Below, piece by piece: positions 1 to 14,639 of a DNA stretch of 64,000 bases. The position numbers were made by a program, and so were the translations under genes. The stretch is from Chrysomallon squamiferum. Its lineage: Eukaryota > Animalia > Mollusca. The stretch spans positions 6,572,001 to 6,636,000 of the forward strand of contig CM022670.1 of the NCBI GenBank assembly GCA_012295275.1. The letters are read 5' to 3'. Under the pieces are notes generated by a model, which saw nothing but the letters and a program-made list of their open reading frames with translations, did no database searches and was not told the origin of the DNA. Every line of letters starts with the position of its first letter. The stretch's first letter is position 1.

Positions 1-228
1 TTTTTATACACATATAAATGAATGTATATGTTTGCAAATTAATTATGCAGTAGCGGAGAGGTCAACAGGAAAAAGGAAAAGATGTCTAAAAACAAGTCAA
101 GCAACTAAATAATTAGTGACAAAAAAAGCTGTCACAAATTATAAATCCATGAAGACTCATATTTTTTATTATATACATTTATGTCAGTTTGTGTGTGGGT
201 GTGCAGGCCGATATGATAAAATATCTGT

Positions 229-253
229 ATGTCTATGTGTCACATAAATGAGT

Positions 254-305
<52 letters not shown>

Positions 306-647
306 ATGGTATATATGTATATATGGTATGTATGCTTTATATATGTATGTGTTATGTATGTTAGTGTGTATGTATGAGATTTATATGTGTATATATGTAT
401 GTGTGGTATGTCTTTATTTATATGTGTGGTGCATATGTCTTTATAAGTATATGTCAGATGCATATGTGTAGATATTTAGGATATACAAATGTGTGTGTGT
501 GTATGCTTATGTATATGTGTGTCTGTCTCTTTATATGTATAACAGATGGAACAAACTATTTATGTATGTATATGTATGTTAGTATGTATGTATGTATGTA
601 TGTATATATGTATATATGTATGTACACACATACATACATACATATAT

Positions 648-689
<42 letters not shown>

Positions 690-1038
690 GTGTCAGGAGT
701 TATCCTTTTTTATCTGTGTGTGTGTGTTTATGTAGATTCTGTGTGTAGATTCCTGACTATATTTGTATAACCATAAGCTGTTTACAGTCTATGTGTTTTA
801 ACCTAGTATGTTTTAAAAAAACAACGGAATATTACACAGAGTTCAGTGAAGCAGAACATTTCTTTGTGTGACACTTGATTTACTACTACAGCTTTTCTCA
901 CAGAACTCTACGTGAGTGTGTGTGTGTGTGTGTGTGAATGTGTGTGTGTGAATGTGTGTGTGAATGTGTGTGTGTGTTTGTGAGGTTGTCTCTGTATGTG
1001 TGTGTCTGTTGTGTGTGAATGTTTCTGTCTATGTGTCC

Positions 1039-1075
<37 letters not shown>

Positions 1076-1325
1076 TGTGTGTGTGTGAGGGTACATGTAT
1101 GTGTGTCTATGTGTGAATGTATGTGTATATCTGTGTTTTTGTTTTTGTGTGTATGAGTCTGTGTGTGTTTGTGTGTGTGAACATGTATATGACTGTATGT
1201 TGTTTTCCTTTCTTTCTTGTTCTTTTTCTTTTTTCAGACACACACACACACACACAGTCATCCAAACACACACACATAAACACACATACTCACCCATACA
1301 CACACACACACAAACTCACATGTAC
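229..1325. repeat. Compound (TG/CA)n and (TATG)n microsatellite field
   Basis: Visible dinucleotide and tetranucleotide runs. These explain the CVCV/HTHT ORFs in the track. Confidence 0.95.
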
Positions 1326-1624
1326 ACATTTAAGCTGACCCTTGAACAATTTCCTAAATGAACATTTCTAGGGGGGTAATTTATAAATGTATAAATATAC
1401 TTAATTACATTCTCGTTTTTTTGAATCACTCAGACACACCCAGAGAAAATCTAATAATTAATCACTTTCAAGGCAATGTATTACTTGTGTCTTATTTAAC
1501 CTTTATTTTTTTTATATATTTTTTTTTTTTTAGGTATAAATATCAAGCAAAAATATTTAGCATTTAACATGAATAGAATGAAATATAAATTAGAATTCAA
1601 AAGTGAGACACTGAGTAGAATATT

Positions 1625-1651
1625 ATTAGTGGATATAGTACCAGTACTAGC

Positions 1652-1688
<37 letters not shown>

Positions 1689-1837
1689 ACGTAATATTAG
1701 TGGTACTAGTAATAGTAGTAGCAATTGTAGTAGAAATACTAGTAATAGTAGTAACAGTAGCAGAAACAGTAAGAGTAGCAGAGTAATTGTAATAATAGTA
1801 GTAGTAATGTAATATTAATGGTACTAGTAATAGTAGT

Positions 1838-1874
<37 letters not shown>

Positions 1875-1975
1875 CTAGAAGTAGCAGCAGCAATAGAAGT
1901 AGTAGTAGAAGCAGCAGCAGTAGAAGTAGTAGTAGTAGCAGCAGTAGTAGTAGCAGTAGTAGTAGCAGCAAGCAA
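1625..1975. repeat. (AGT)n/(AGC)n trinucleotide microsatellite
   Basis: Direct reading: agtagtagt...agcagcagc. Confidence 0.95.
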
Positions 1976-2462
1976 TAGTTGAGGTGTAGTGATAAGAATA
2001 ATGTAATAAAGACACCACTGCTAAACCAAAAATAAAACTGCAAAATGAGAGTAAAGTGAACACAATCAAATAATAAAGCATAAAAATAAGTAAACCTGTA
2101 CAACTCTAAACAGGCAGGAAAACCTTTTCTTTTTTTCTTTTTTTTTTTGTATTTAAAAATTAATTAACAACTAAAAGAAAACCTGACAAAATTGTATATA
2201 ACAATAGCTACCATTCTAAATTTTGTTTATATTTGTTGTTGTAGTTTTTATTATTATTACTTTGACCATGGTTAGATTTTTCAACAGGAAATCAGTCAAG
2301 CGTAAACAATGTGCTTCAGGTGTAGGTGTGTAGACAGAATTACTGAATGTGTTTAAGCCTTCCTAGATCACAAATTATTTAATTATAACCTTGTTTTATT
2401 TTTTCTTTAAACCACACAATATATGCACACACACAGATATATACAAACACAAATAACAAACA

Positions 2463-2525
<63 letters not shown>

Positions 2526-2527
2526 TC

Positions 2528-2558
<31 letters not shown>

Positions 2559-2676
2559 AACACACACACAAACACACACAAACACAATCACACACACTAA
2601 ATTACCCATCTGTGTAAAATGAAACTGGAAAACATTTATATTTAATTCCTGAGACCGAATGAATTAATACTGAACA

Positions 2677-2719
<43 letters not shown>

Positions 2720-3274
2720 TAAATTAAATTTATGGATGAGTGAAGTTAATTTAAAACTTCTTTTTTTTCCCCAGTTTATTCTTGGTAAATACCGTGTCAT
2801 TCTGCCTGTCTGTGTGTTTGTGTGTCTGTCAGAAACATTTATTCACAGATTTGTTACTTGATACACATATAATATACAATATGGAAATTTAAATTTTATG
2901 GCTTGGTTTTCAGATCTCTATATAAAAGATTATTGTGTTCGTTATCCTCTGGGTGTGGTGTTTGAGAGTTTCTGTTGTTTTATTATACTAGATTTTATTA
3001 CAAAAGCTATTTTTTATCTTTACAAATATTTTACTATTGAAGGTGTTTGTAAGGGTAATTTTTTTTTTTTTTTTTCCTGTTTTTGTTTGATGGTTTTCTT
3101 GCTGAAGAAATTTGTTGCCAATACTTTGGGAAGACATAACATATATAATAAAAAAAAAAAAAAAAAAAGGAAAAAAAAAGAAAGAATGAATTGAAATGAA
3201 ATATAAATGTTATGTTAACATCTTTTCAAACTTAGTGAGGTCTAACATTTCGTAACAGCTTTTCAGAATCTTAA

Positions 3275-3330
<56 letters not shown>

Positions 3331-3362
3331 TAACAACAATATCAATAACAATAATAATAAAT

Positions 3363-3419
<57 letters not shown>

Positions 3420-3422
3420 TTA

Positions 3423-3460
<38 letters not shown>
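3275..3460. repeat. (AAT)n microsatellite
   Basis: Direct reading. Similar simple repeats occur at about 2445-2600 (CA), 10040-10200 (CATA), 11215-11272 (TG), 14579-14634 (TA), 22487-22548 (CT), 23136-23214 (ATT/GTT) and 24157-24353 (TA/GA/ACT/AAT). Confidence 0.95.
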
Positions 3461-3461
<1 letters not shown>

Positions 3462-5231
3462 AAAAATTATTTTCTTCTGAATAACAATGTAACTGAATCT
3501 CTTTATTCATGTTTTATTTCATATTTATTTATTTATTATTACTTTTTGTTTAAATCTTAAATTTTATTATCGTTTCTTTCTTATTTTTTTATTTTTTTTA
3601 TTTATTCCATTTGAATGTTTACTTTCTGTCTTTTCTTTTTTATCAGGTCAAAACATTTATGAGTTAAATTCTGTTACTTGTAATAAAAAGGCAAACATTG
3701 TTAGAAAAAGTTAATAAGAAACAGATAAAATAACTTCTCATGATATCATGTAATAAAAAATAATTTATATAACTATGAAAATTACACAGCAATCTGGTAT
3801 ACAAAACAAAAAAAATACAAAAAAATACAAAAAAATAAAATAAAAGTTAAGAGACAATAAGTTAAGAGAAAAGAAATAAATCATTAAAGAGATAAATTAA
3901 ATAAAGAGTTTTTCTTTTATTAGTCAACAGGAGAATTATTATTATTATATTATTATTATTATTTTAAATATTTCATAGTTAACAAAGGTTCATGTATCAT
4001 GACCAAGAAAACCTTCACTTTTACAACCTAGTACATTGTTTTTGCTTTTTATTGTTTTGGTGTGTGTGTGTGTGTGTGTGTGTCTTTTTGTAAATAAACT
4101 TTCATGGTAAAATGAAAACAAAGATCAATAATAATTTTTTAAAAATTAAATTATCTTACAATTGAAAATAAAAAATACATTTCTTATAATATTATAAGCC
4201 ATGAACCTTTGCTAACAATTAAGTATGGCATTAAAATGGTGCCTGATCAGATAATAAATAGATATCACTATACTCATTTTTCAGATATATTACTTAAAAA
4301 TATATGATATACTTCTAGACATAAGTAATTTTGGTCAATCATGTTTTCACTTCAGGTATACCTGCAGTCTACCATTTCACATACCTCTGCATGAATCTAC
4401 ATCACGAATGAAAAATATTTTATACTTAGTAAAGATTTGAGTTCACCTCAAATAAAACAATGACTTTAAAACATACAACAGATTCAATTTTATCTCTTCA
4501 TTTTAAAATCATATTTGCTTGCTAAATTTGAGGAGACTTTGTAAAATAATTAAGAATTGATACATTTGTATTTTAAATATAAAAATACAGACATGTATGC
4601 ATCACTGTAATATAATTCAGTTAATTTAAGCAATCAAAATAAAACTGAACTGAAGCATTCTTCACCTCATTAACTATTTCAATATGTATATATATATATA
4701 AATAATTCATAAATAAAATACTACTTTTAAATCAAAAACCCAAGGTATATGTAAGATAAAACCTTCAATGACAATTATAAGGTGTATATATCAATTATCT
4801 GTTAAAAACTGGGTGGAGTACAAACACTGAATTAATTAGGCGTGGTTTAAAACAGAAGACGTTTAAAACAAAACTGTTAAATGTACATTAATGTAATAAA
4901 TTAATATTAAGTTGACCAAAAAAAACAGTTTTTTTTTTTTTATTATTATTATTATTTCTTTGTAATTCTTTTTAAATTAAAAAGTAATAAAAATGTATTA
5001 AAAAAAAATGTGTACATTGTCAAAAAATGAAATAATGAAATATTTTGGCATGTAACCAGTGTGAACATGTGTGCATGTATATATGAATGTGTTTATATCC
5101 ACATGTGTATGTAACCTTGTAATGTCCATATCAATTTTTTCCTAAATTATATAGCAATTCCATGGGAAATTCTCAGAATACAATTAATTTTTGGAAAAAT
5201 ATTATTATAATTATTATTATTATTATTATTA

Positions 5232-5266
<35 letters not shown>

Positions 5267-6165
5267 ATAAAATGCCTAATAAAACTGAAAGTACTATACC
5301 AATAAACATACATGTAAAAAGAAACACAAATACACTGTCAGTAATACTAACACACACATGCACACACATAGGTATGCTGTAAAAAATGAGAAAAAAATGT
5401 GTACATTACAAAATACAAATACAATATAAAACACATGGACAGACATACAAACAGTAACACACTGACAATCAGACAGACACTGCAAATGATAAAAACACTG
5501 TTAAAAGAAAAAGGACAAATACAGACATGTGGACAGACAGATATTGTACTCACTATAAAAACGTACAAAATTTGGACTAGAACTCACAGAAGAAAACAGA
5601 ACTAACTCACCAACGAGAAGGTTTGTTTTGAGTAACGAGATAACAGTGATGTTTAACCAACACCCATCAGCTTTAAAATGTTTATATCACAAAGTGTCCT
5701 CGACGTCGTCTGCTATAGCCGTCTGCTACGTTAAAAATGGCTGAGAGCTCCACCCACTGGTTCAACCCTGACACAACGCTAACTGACCTAAATGACAAAG
5801 TTTACATCTCAAAGACTCAATAGTGCTGCAACTGGGGACATCAGCATCTCAAACATTCAAAATTCCTCGGGAAAGCCGAACATGGCCGCTAGCCCTCCCA
5901 CCCTGGTGTTCCCACATCAACTTATCTGCGAATCACTAAGGAAACTCCCTTGCTGTGTTTCCCAAGTTGGACATCTTAAAAAAAAATAAAAAAAATGAGG
6001 GCCACACCTTTGTAGTTAAATAGAAAGACAATCAGAGTTTCTTGACATTTGTTTCAGCATCAACCTTCGATAAAAATGTGGTAACTGCCAAATGTTTACA
6101 TCTTCTCAGGCCAAAACAAAAATTCCCATAAACAATTTTTTTCTTCTGCAGCACAAAATATATTT

Positions 6166-6196
<31 letters not shown>

Positions 6197-6419
6197 TTTG
6201 TAAATAAAAGACTAAAAGGCCAAAGGTTTTTATTTATTCATCACCTTCATAAAGCTATTTATTTTTTATTATTTTTTTATAAACAGGTAATAATCTTTTT
6301 ATTTATTTTACAGTTATTTAGTGATATGTGTCTAAGTGTTGTTTATTATTAATTAGCAAATAAATTACTGTTAATTATTTTAAAAAGATAATACAGCTAC
6401 ATTTTGGAAAACCTTTCTT

Positions 6420-7010
6420 GATCATATGTACAACAGACACAAGATAAACTACATTACAAAGAAAATTTATTTAGACAGGTACAAACATAAAAGAAAATTA
6501 CATTACAAAGACACATATCACAGACAAGGAGAAGAACTCACATTACTGGTCAGAAACAAATATTAATAACAAAAAACAAACCAATGACAAGAACAAAATA
6601 AATGTAGTAGAAAAACACATAATATAGACAAGAAAACATATGACAAACAGAACACATTACAGATAAGAAAATACATTATAGACAAAAAAACATGACACAA
6701 ACACAAATACAAACACATTAGACAAGAAAGAACACATTACAGATATGACAAAACACATCACAGACAACAGATCAGACAAAACAGAACACATTAAAAATAA
6801 GACAACATACTAGACAGGAAAAAACACATTACAGACAAGATACAACACATTAGACAAGAAAGATTACATTACAGACAAGACACATCACATTAGACAAAAC
6901 AACACTTTACTGTCAAAAAAGAACACATTACAGACCAGATAGAATCCAGAAGTGAAAACATATCACAGACAAGAAAACATATTACAGACAAAACACATTA
7001 GAGATGAACA
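6420..7010. repeat. Degenerate ~20 bp minisatellite (acacattacagacaagaa-like)
   Basis: The motif acacattacagacaaga recurs with variants many times. Confidence 0.75.
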
Positions 7011-10000
7011 TGTTACCAAGAAGGAAGCACAAATGCAAAAACCCACAAAATGCATAAACCCACATATTTTGAACATAAACATATTTAATGTGCCAAAGGA
7101 AACATGTACCACGAAGAGACGAGGAAGTACATACCATGCACTTTGACAGTGAGAGCTGCGAGGTAACACTGTGTAGCTCATTGTGCCTCAGCTGTGCTAT
7201 GTGTCACTAAGCTATATCCTGCCACAAAGGGAAATAAATGTTTACCTCTCTCTGTCAGAGGGAACCCTTTGTGTGAACAAACATCTAACAAGCCAACATA
7301 AAACACAGCAGCGTTTTTCATACCAACCAAAACTTCTTAATGACACCTACAATTCTTATTTTGTTTCACATTATTATTATTTTTTTTTTTTTAGTAACTA
7401 ATATTGTATTTAATGGATAGTTTGAATTTTATTATTATTATTGTTGTTGTTATTATTTTATTTATTTATTTTATTATTATTTTTTTTTACCCATTTTGTT
7501 GTTTTTTTCGAGAGGTGTGGGTTTTTTTATTACTGCTGTTATTTTGTTTCTTGTACATTTTTTAACCTACATTGTTTTATTTACTAATTTCTTTCCAGGA
7601 GTCTTCAAAACTCTAAAGTCACATATTTAATTATTTTATTTTTAATTTCCATTACTTTTATTAACATCATATGGTGTGATATAATTGATATACGGTAGGA
7701 AACAGTAATAATTTGTTATTCATTAGTAACTGATTGTGAAGTGATAAATGAATTTTAATGAGCAGCAAATAAAATTAAAAAAATGAAAATAGAACTGGTT
7801 TATATTAAAGAAAAAGATGACACTTTCAGTTATAAAATTTGATAAGGTGTTGCAAATGAAAATGAAATGTTTAAACAATTTTATTGCTAGCTTTTTCTAT
7901 GTCCTAAAAAAAAGTTTAACGATGTCAGTACACTGTAATTATACCTACCCCCAAAAAACAATTGAAATAAATAAATATGTATGTATTTGCAAAAAAATAA
8001 AATATACAAAAGTAATTGTAATAAAAAACTTGATGGTGATGAGTTTAATAATCTGAATTAAAAGAACTGTTTTTGATGGGGTTTTTAAAAGACTAATTAC
8101 AAATTTATAAAGTTGTTATGTACACAGCTGTTGTTGCTACTAATCAGTGTGACAATGTAACAGCTCTAGGACTTGCATCATGATGATGACAATGATGTTT
8201 GAGACTGCTGTGACGATGTTAAAACTGCTGCAGTGATGTTAAGACTACTACAATGATGTTAATGTGGAGATGTGATGTATGTTGATGAACGCCCCCTTGT
8301 GACATGACAGAATGAGCTGAGTTTATGGAAGTGAGCGAATGAGCCAAGCCCTGTTGGGTGTGTGGTGTAAACTTGACCTGATAGATGTCTGATGTTCAGC
8401 TAATTGGCTCATCTTTGTTTCTGCACTGTCAGCGTAGTGAAGTTTTCTTTCTAAACTAACATAAACCAGCGAATCACCTCATCATAAACAGTAACTATAA
8501 ATATCAAAATAAATTTAACAAACATCTCCTCTAAACTGAACTAAATCCACAAAAAATATCATAAACAGAGCTCTAAATATCAGAAATAAACATTATTTTG
8601 TAAGCTGAACTAAATATACAAAAAATATCATAACTGAGAATATAAGCATCCTAATACCAAATATAAAATTAACTGAAGTGTTTTTTCTAAGCTAATATAA
8701 ATCTAAATAGTGCTGTATATACAAAATATTATCACAAAACGAGGCTGTATGTTAAGTATAAATTAACATAACAATCAGTGATACTAGTTTTGTATGTCAG
8801 GTTACATGGTCAATTCTTCCAGCATACTATTTCCCATTCCACTCAGTATACAACAACTAGTTTCACAAAACCTTCATACATTCTTTATTGTGTGTTGAAA
8901 GGTACATATAAAAGAAATCTTGATAAAAGTAACCTTTGGAAAAGCCACATCAGGATTTTTCCCTCTTGTTCTCATTATATAAGAAATGTACAATAGATCA
9001 TACCAATAATTTAAATTTTAATACAGAAGGTACCTTTACACCTTAAAGTAGTCACAAACCTATTTCATTATTTTTTTGAAATAAAAAATAAAAAATTCAT
9101 TAGCTAATAAAGCAGAGACAACTCACTATTCAGGATTGTGGCAAGCAAAGATGTTCGTATCAAGCTGTCAGAAATGGGTGTGTCTATGACAGACTGCACA
9201 TTTCAGATATGTTCACCAGAGTTAATGCCCTTCACTCTATTTGTAATATATATCTCAAATGTACTCAAGTACAAACAGCTTAATAAATAAAAAAAATATT
9301 AAAAAAATGGAGTCTATCTGGGCACTAAGTTTAATATAATTTTATAAAAACATATCAGTAAACATCAATACTTCATCTAGCGTGAACAGATGTAAGTACA
9401 TGCATAAAAGTCAAACAAACAAGGAATACACATATACACACAACCACATACTGATACCAATATTCTAACACACAAACACACACACATATATATACAAACA
9501 CATGTACACACATACATACTAATTTATATACATACACACAAATATACATGTAAAAATACACATACACTTACATACACAAGTTTTATATGTATATATGTGT
9601 GTGTGCGTGTGTGTGTGTATGTATGTATGTATGCCAACACTTAGATAATACATACATATATACATACAAATATGCATAAACCTGTACATACATCAATATG
9701 CACAAGCACACATATGTAGATATAAATATTCAAATACACACACACACACACACAACATATAAACTTAATTTATTTGTCAGAAATATTCTTTCAGTGTTAT
9801 TACAAGAAATCACTTGTTTTCTAGATGTACAAGTATTTTCTAACATGAAAAAAATCTGTAACAGAAGAAAGCTGAATATGTGAAATCACTGAGACTCAAT
9901 CACTGTAGGTGTTTGTTGACAAGTTATACAAATTTAAAATTAAAATTTAAATCATTTCTATTCTGTAAATGTTTAGTGAGTTGTCATAATATGAATATGG

Positions 10001-11207
10001 AGTTTAGAATTAATCTACATAAAAAAAATACATTCAGACATATATACATACATACATATATATACATACATACATACATACATATATATATATACATACA
10101 TACTCATACATACATATATAGATACATACATACACACATAAATATACAGATACATACATACATACATACATACATACATACATACATACATAAATACACA
10201 CGTATATACATGTATACACACATTTTATATGCTTGTACACAGAGATATAAAGAAATATATACACATACACATAGAGACAAACAGGTAAGAAAACAGTAAG
10301 AGAGAAAGGGGAGCTGACTCAGTAGTTTATAAACAATCTATACAGATACCCCACTATAAACTGGTCTAATAATAAAAATGTTTTAAATTTGTAATTTTCA
10401 CTAAGTTAACCATTCACTGTGTTTGAAATCTATATTTCAACACAACATTTTTCTCAAACTTTTAAACAGTTTGAACACACACATACACACACAAACACTC
10501 AGTATCACATATCACATTTATGCATACAAAAAATTGAGATCTGAAACTTTATTTTTTTACAAATATTTATTTTTTTTGGTTTTATTTCATGGAGATAATG
10601 CAAAGTATCAAGTCTGTAACGGTGACTAAGTATAAAACCACTAAGTAAGAATTTACATCTTTCTCTGTACACTATTACATGACATCGCAATCACAAGACT
10701 GCTGTCAGTGTTAAAACAGTGATATATGTGTGGAAACGTCACTCACAACGTCACACCTGTAACCTACACCCTGATCTCAACAACAACCCACACTGCAGCG
10801 CGGAGGAATGAAAAACACAGTAGTTTGCTTTATTGTTGAACACAGGGTTGTAGAAAACGGAGAAGAGAGCAAAGTCGAAGGTTTTCTCATACAAAACTGC
10901 AAAGCTCTAGGTAAATGGATCCCCAGTTTGGCAGGGGTCCAGATGTAGGAGTGGCAGTCTGCCTGACACCCTGACTATGTCTGTGTGTACGTGTAGTGTC
11001 ACATTTCACAGCCTGCACCAGCATTCAACTCTGTTCTTACATAGCACTGATTTATGTATCTGTACATGCATGTGCACTTGTACATGTGTATTATATATCT
11101 TTATGCATCTGTGCATGTGTTTATGTGTGATATGGATGTGTGTATGTATATATCAGCATGTATATCTGCAAACATGTAAAGATATATTTGTATGTGTATT
11201 TATATAT

Positions 11208-11274
<67 letters not shown>

Positions 11275-11355
11275 GATATGTATCCGACATAAAAACAAGG
11301 ATGAAAATGACACATATACAAGCATACGTACATACTTACAGACACATATACTCAC

Positions 11356-11437
11356 TTATAATGAGCAAGGCTATTCCAAAAGCTATTGCAAAACTGAGCT
11401 GGGTTAAAAGTCCATAAGAACAATAAACTGTTTTCAT
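11356..11437 (-). CDS. Candidate alternative first coding exon encoding a signal-anchor-like peptide MKTVYCSYGLLTQLSFAIAFGIALLII
   Basis: aaaATG at 11437, open 82 nt, then a consensus donor A|GTGAGT at 11355 (phase 1). The C-terminal half is hydrophobic. It lies in an intron of the minus-strand gene that starts at 21679. Confidence 0.4.
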
Positions 11438-11693
11438 TTTATGGCAGCAGGTGTCAAGAAAACAATGATGGGTGGAAATTTAATTAGGCTGTGTTTGTTA
11501 TGAATGAAATGAAATGAAAGTCACAGTGAAGTGTACATCTTTTCTGCTATGTATAAACAGATGCACACACACTGCAGCATTCATCTTCTGTGTAAACTGC
11601 TGTGATAAAATCAGTGATGACACTTGACTACCACTACAAAACACACACACATATATATATACACATACATATGTACATTATACAGACACACAT

Positions 11694-11742
<49 letters not shown>

Positions 11743-12147
11743 TATATATGCAGACACATACCTATATACATATAACACATACATAATATATACATTATAC
11801 ACACATATGTACACACACACACTTATTCACACACAAACATACACACCTACATATATAGATAGATATATACAATTATAGAAATATACAGAGAGAATGACAT
11901 ACAGACACATTTATTTGATGTGGGTGTGTTGGGTGTGTGGCAGTTTGGATGTAGTACATGTCACACATAATTATATCATAAAACCAGCAACAACTTGTGA
12001 CCTCTGTTATAATTTACTATGTTATATGATATATGTAAGTCAAACACAATGCACACACAACTCAAATATCATTAACTCCCATTGTGTAGTAAGTGCACTC
12101 AGTTCTCTTTAAAACATATACCTATACCCACACACACATACACATAC

Positions 12148-12196
12148 ACCCTGGACCTTAACCATCAGACAGAAACAAAAACACCACATACAAACC

Positions 12197-12234
<38 letters not shown>

Positions 12235-12280
12235 GGGCCCTAACCATCAGACAGAAACAAAAAAACACACACACACACAT

Positions 12281-12327
<47 letters not shown>

Positions 12328-12610
12328 GGACCTTAACCATCAGACAGAAACAAAAACACCACACACAAATACACACACACACACACACACACACAGACAC
12401 ACATCCTCGGCCCTAACCATCAAACAGAAACAAAAAACCACACACACACACACACACATTCATACCCTGGACCCTAACCATCAGACAGAAACAAAAACAC
12501 ACACACACACACACATATACTGTTATCTTTATATGCACCAATGCACATACAAACACACACAATACACACTGATACCCTGAACCCATACTATCAGACAAAA
12601 ACAAAAAACA
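12148..12610. repeat. Compound minisatellite: 6 copies of ccctggaccytaaccatcagacagaaacaaaaac separated by variable (CA)n
   Basis: Copies at about 12148, 12231, 12324, 12405, 12465 and 12575. Confidence 0.9.
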
Positions 12611-13699
12611 GACATACATATACACAAACAAACATGCTCGCATGCATACACATGCATGCACACACACCCACATACACACACTCAGACATCTTCACATGAA
12701 CATACCCACAAACACAACATATATGTAATAAATAGATTATATAATGAAATTTAAACAGAAAATAGATGTCAGGGTTCATTAAGAACAGTTACTCAGATCA
12801 CGTAGTTTCATACTGTTGCTCATGTCACCCTCTGCACCTAGTCACCCAGCAAAATGTTCAGACATTCATTGAAACAATTTCAAAATAAATTAGAATACAT
12901 TTTTAAAATTTCTGTTTTAAAATTCTGTGAATGTGCAGTAGAAATAGAGTTGCATGCTGCGATAAAACTCACACAAAATATTTTAATCGTTATGTAGCTA
13001 CATACATAATTCACTGTTAATTATATAATATTTTTTAAAGTATAATGCATCATTATAACTTCATTGTAAAAGTATTCTCTTCAAACCTGTAGGTAATATA
13101 TCCACGTAAATTACTAATTTAGAAAATCTGTATCTTAATTGGAGCAATTAAGTAATTTTTAAAAAGTATACGGTAATTACATATCCAATTATTTTAAGTA
13201 CACTTTTGAAAAGTTTCCCATGCTTAATACTGTAACTGTGACAACATAATTAACATACATATCAATGTGTAAGTGGATAATTTTAAATAATTATTTTATA
13301 GTGAACTCTCAGTATAAACAGCCTTCATTTAACAAAATTAATGATGGAAACAACAGTCTCTGTATGGTCTTTCAAGAAACAAACAAACAAATAAAATAAT
13401 GCTAAAAAAATAATAATATGATAATAATAATAATACTAATAATAAATAATACTTTAACTGGATTTTGAGTTCACTTCTGTCATATTAACAGGATACATTC
13501 CACTCTCGTTAACAGGAAATTCTGTAACTTTTTAAATTGTTTTATTTCAGCATTTGTCTTCAAATTCGTTAAGAAAGAGAAATAAAAATAACGATTCTGT
13601 CATTTTTATGTTGTTTCTTTTTATTTCTTTTTTTTATTTATCACTGTTCCCAGACACAAGCTCCAACCTCGATCTACACTGCTTAATTTGGGTCATTTC

Positions 13700-13870
13700 T
13701 ATTATACCTATGTGCTTACTTTTATTATATACCTATCTGTGTCTACTTTTATTATACCTGTGTCTACTTTTGTTACACCTATCTGTGTGTCTACCTTTGT
13801 TACACCTATCTGTGTGTCTACTTTTATTATACTTGTGTCTAATTTTATTATATATATCTGTGTGTCTACT
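13700..13870. repeat. ~20-24 bp tandem repeat (tctacttttattatacctatctgtg)
   Basis: About 7 visible degenerate copies. Confidence 0.8.
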
Positions 13871-13961
13871 TGATATATTTCACCTTAGTTTGGGTAAGTT
13901 AGGTTCAAGTACAAGATACTTTTTAATTATTTGTTGGACGTGATAATAAATGATAACTTAC

Positions 13962-14572
13962 AGTATTTAAAGTCTTGTTGCTGGTTCCATTCTGGTCTGA
14001 ACTGAAATTTAAAAATTAAAAACAACATTAGTAATCTTTCTGATGTAGGTGTCAGTACACACAGTGTTTATAAATATCAGATGTTATTAGAAAGCTTTTA
14101 ATTAATACATTACAAATGAATGTGTAAGTATATATGCATACTGGTGTGTGCATATGTATGTCTATGTATTCATATATGTGTATATATGTATGTGTATATG
14201 TATGTATGAACAAATATTTCATTATTATGTATGTATGTATGTATGTATGTATGTATTTGTATTATCTTACACCTACATATGTATTAATAAATAATGTTAA
14301 TAATTAGTAAGTGTGAAACATGGACTGTTGTGGTTTTTGTGTAATGATAGCATGACCCTCTGAGGCACTCAAAAGGTTGCTCTCATAAATTAAAGACAAG
14401 GTATTTTATTTCTAATGTTTCTGTTAATGACAGTTTAAATATATTTTCATGATAATAAATCGCAATGCATAACAAAACTTTTGTACGAGTTGTACTGTAA
14501 GAATGTTTACTTTAGCAAAAATTAACATATCTATCTATACTTCAGAATTTGAAATATCTTACATTATTTCAC

Positions 14573-14639
<67 letters not shown>

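Noticed and set aside
12148-12610. CRISPR-like repeat-spacer appearance
   Set aside because: The spacers are (CA)n rather than unique sequence, the context is eukaryotic and there are no cas genes.
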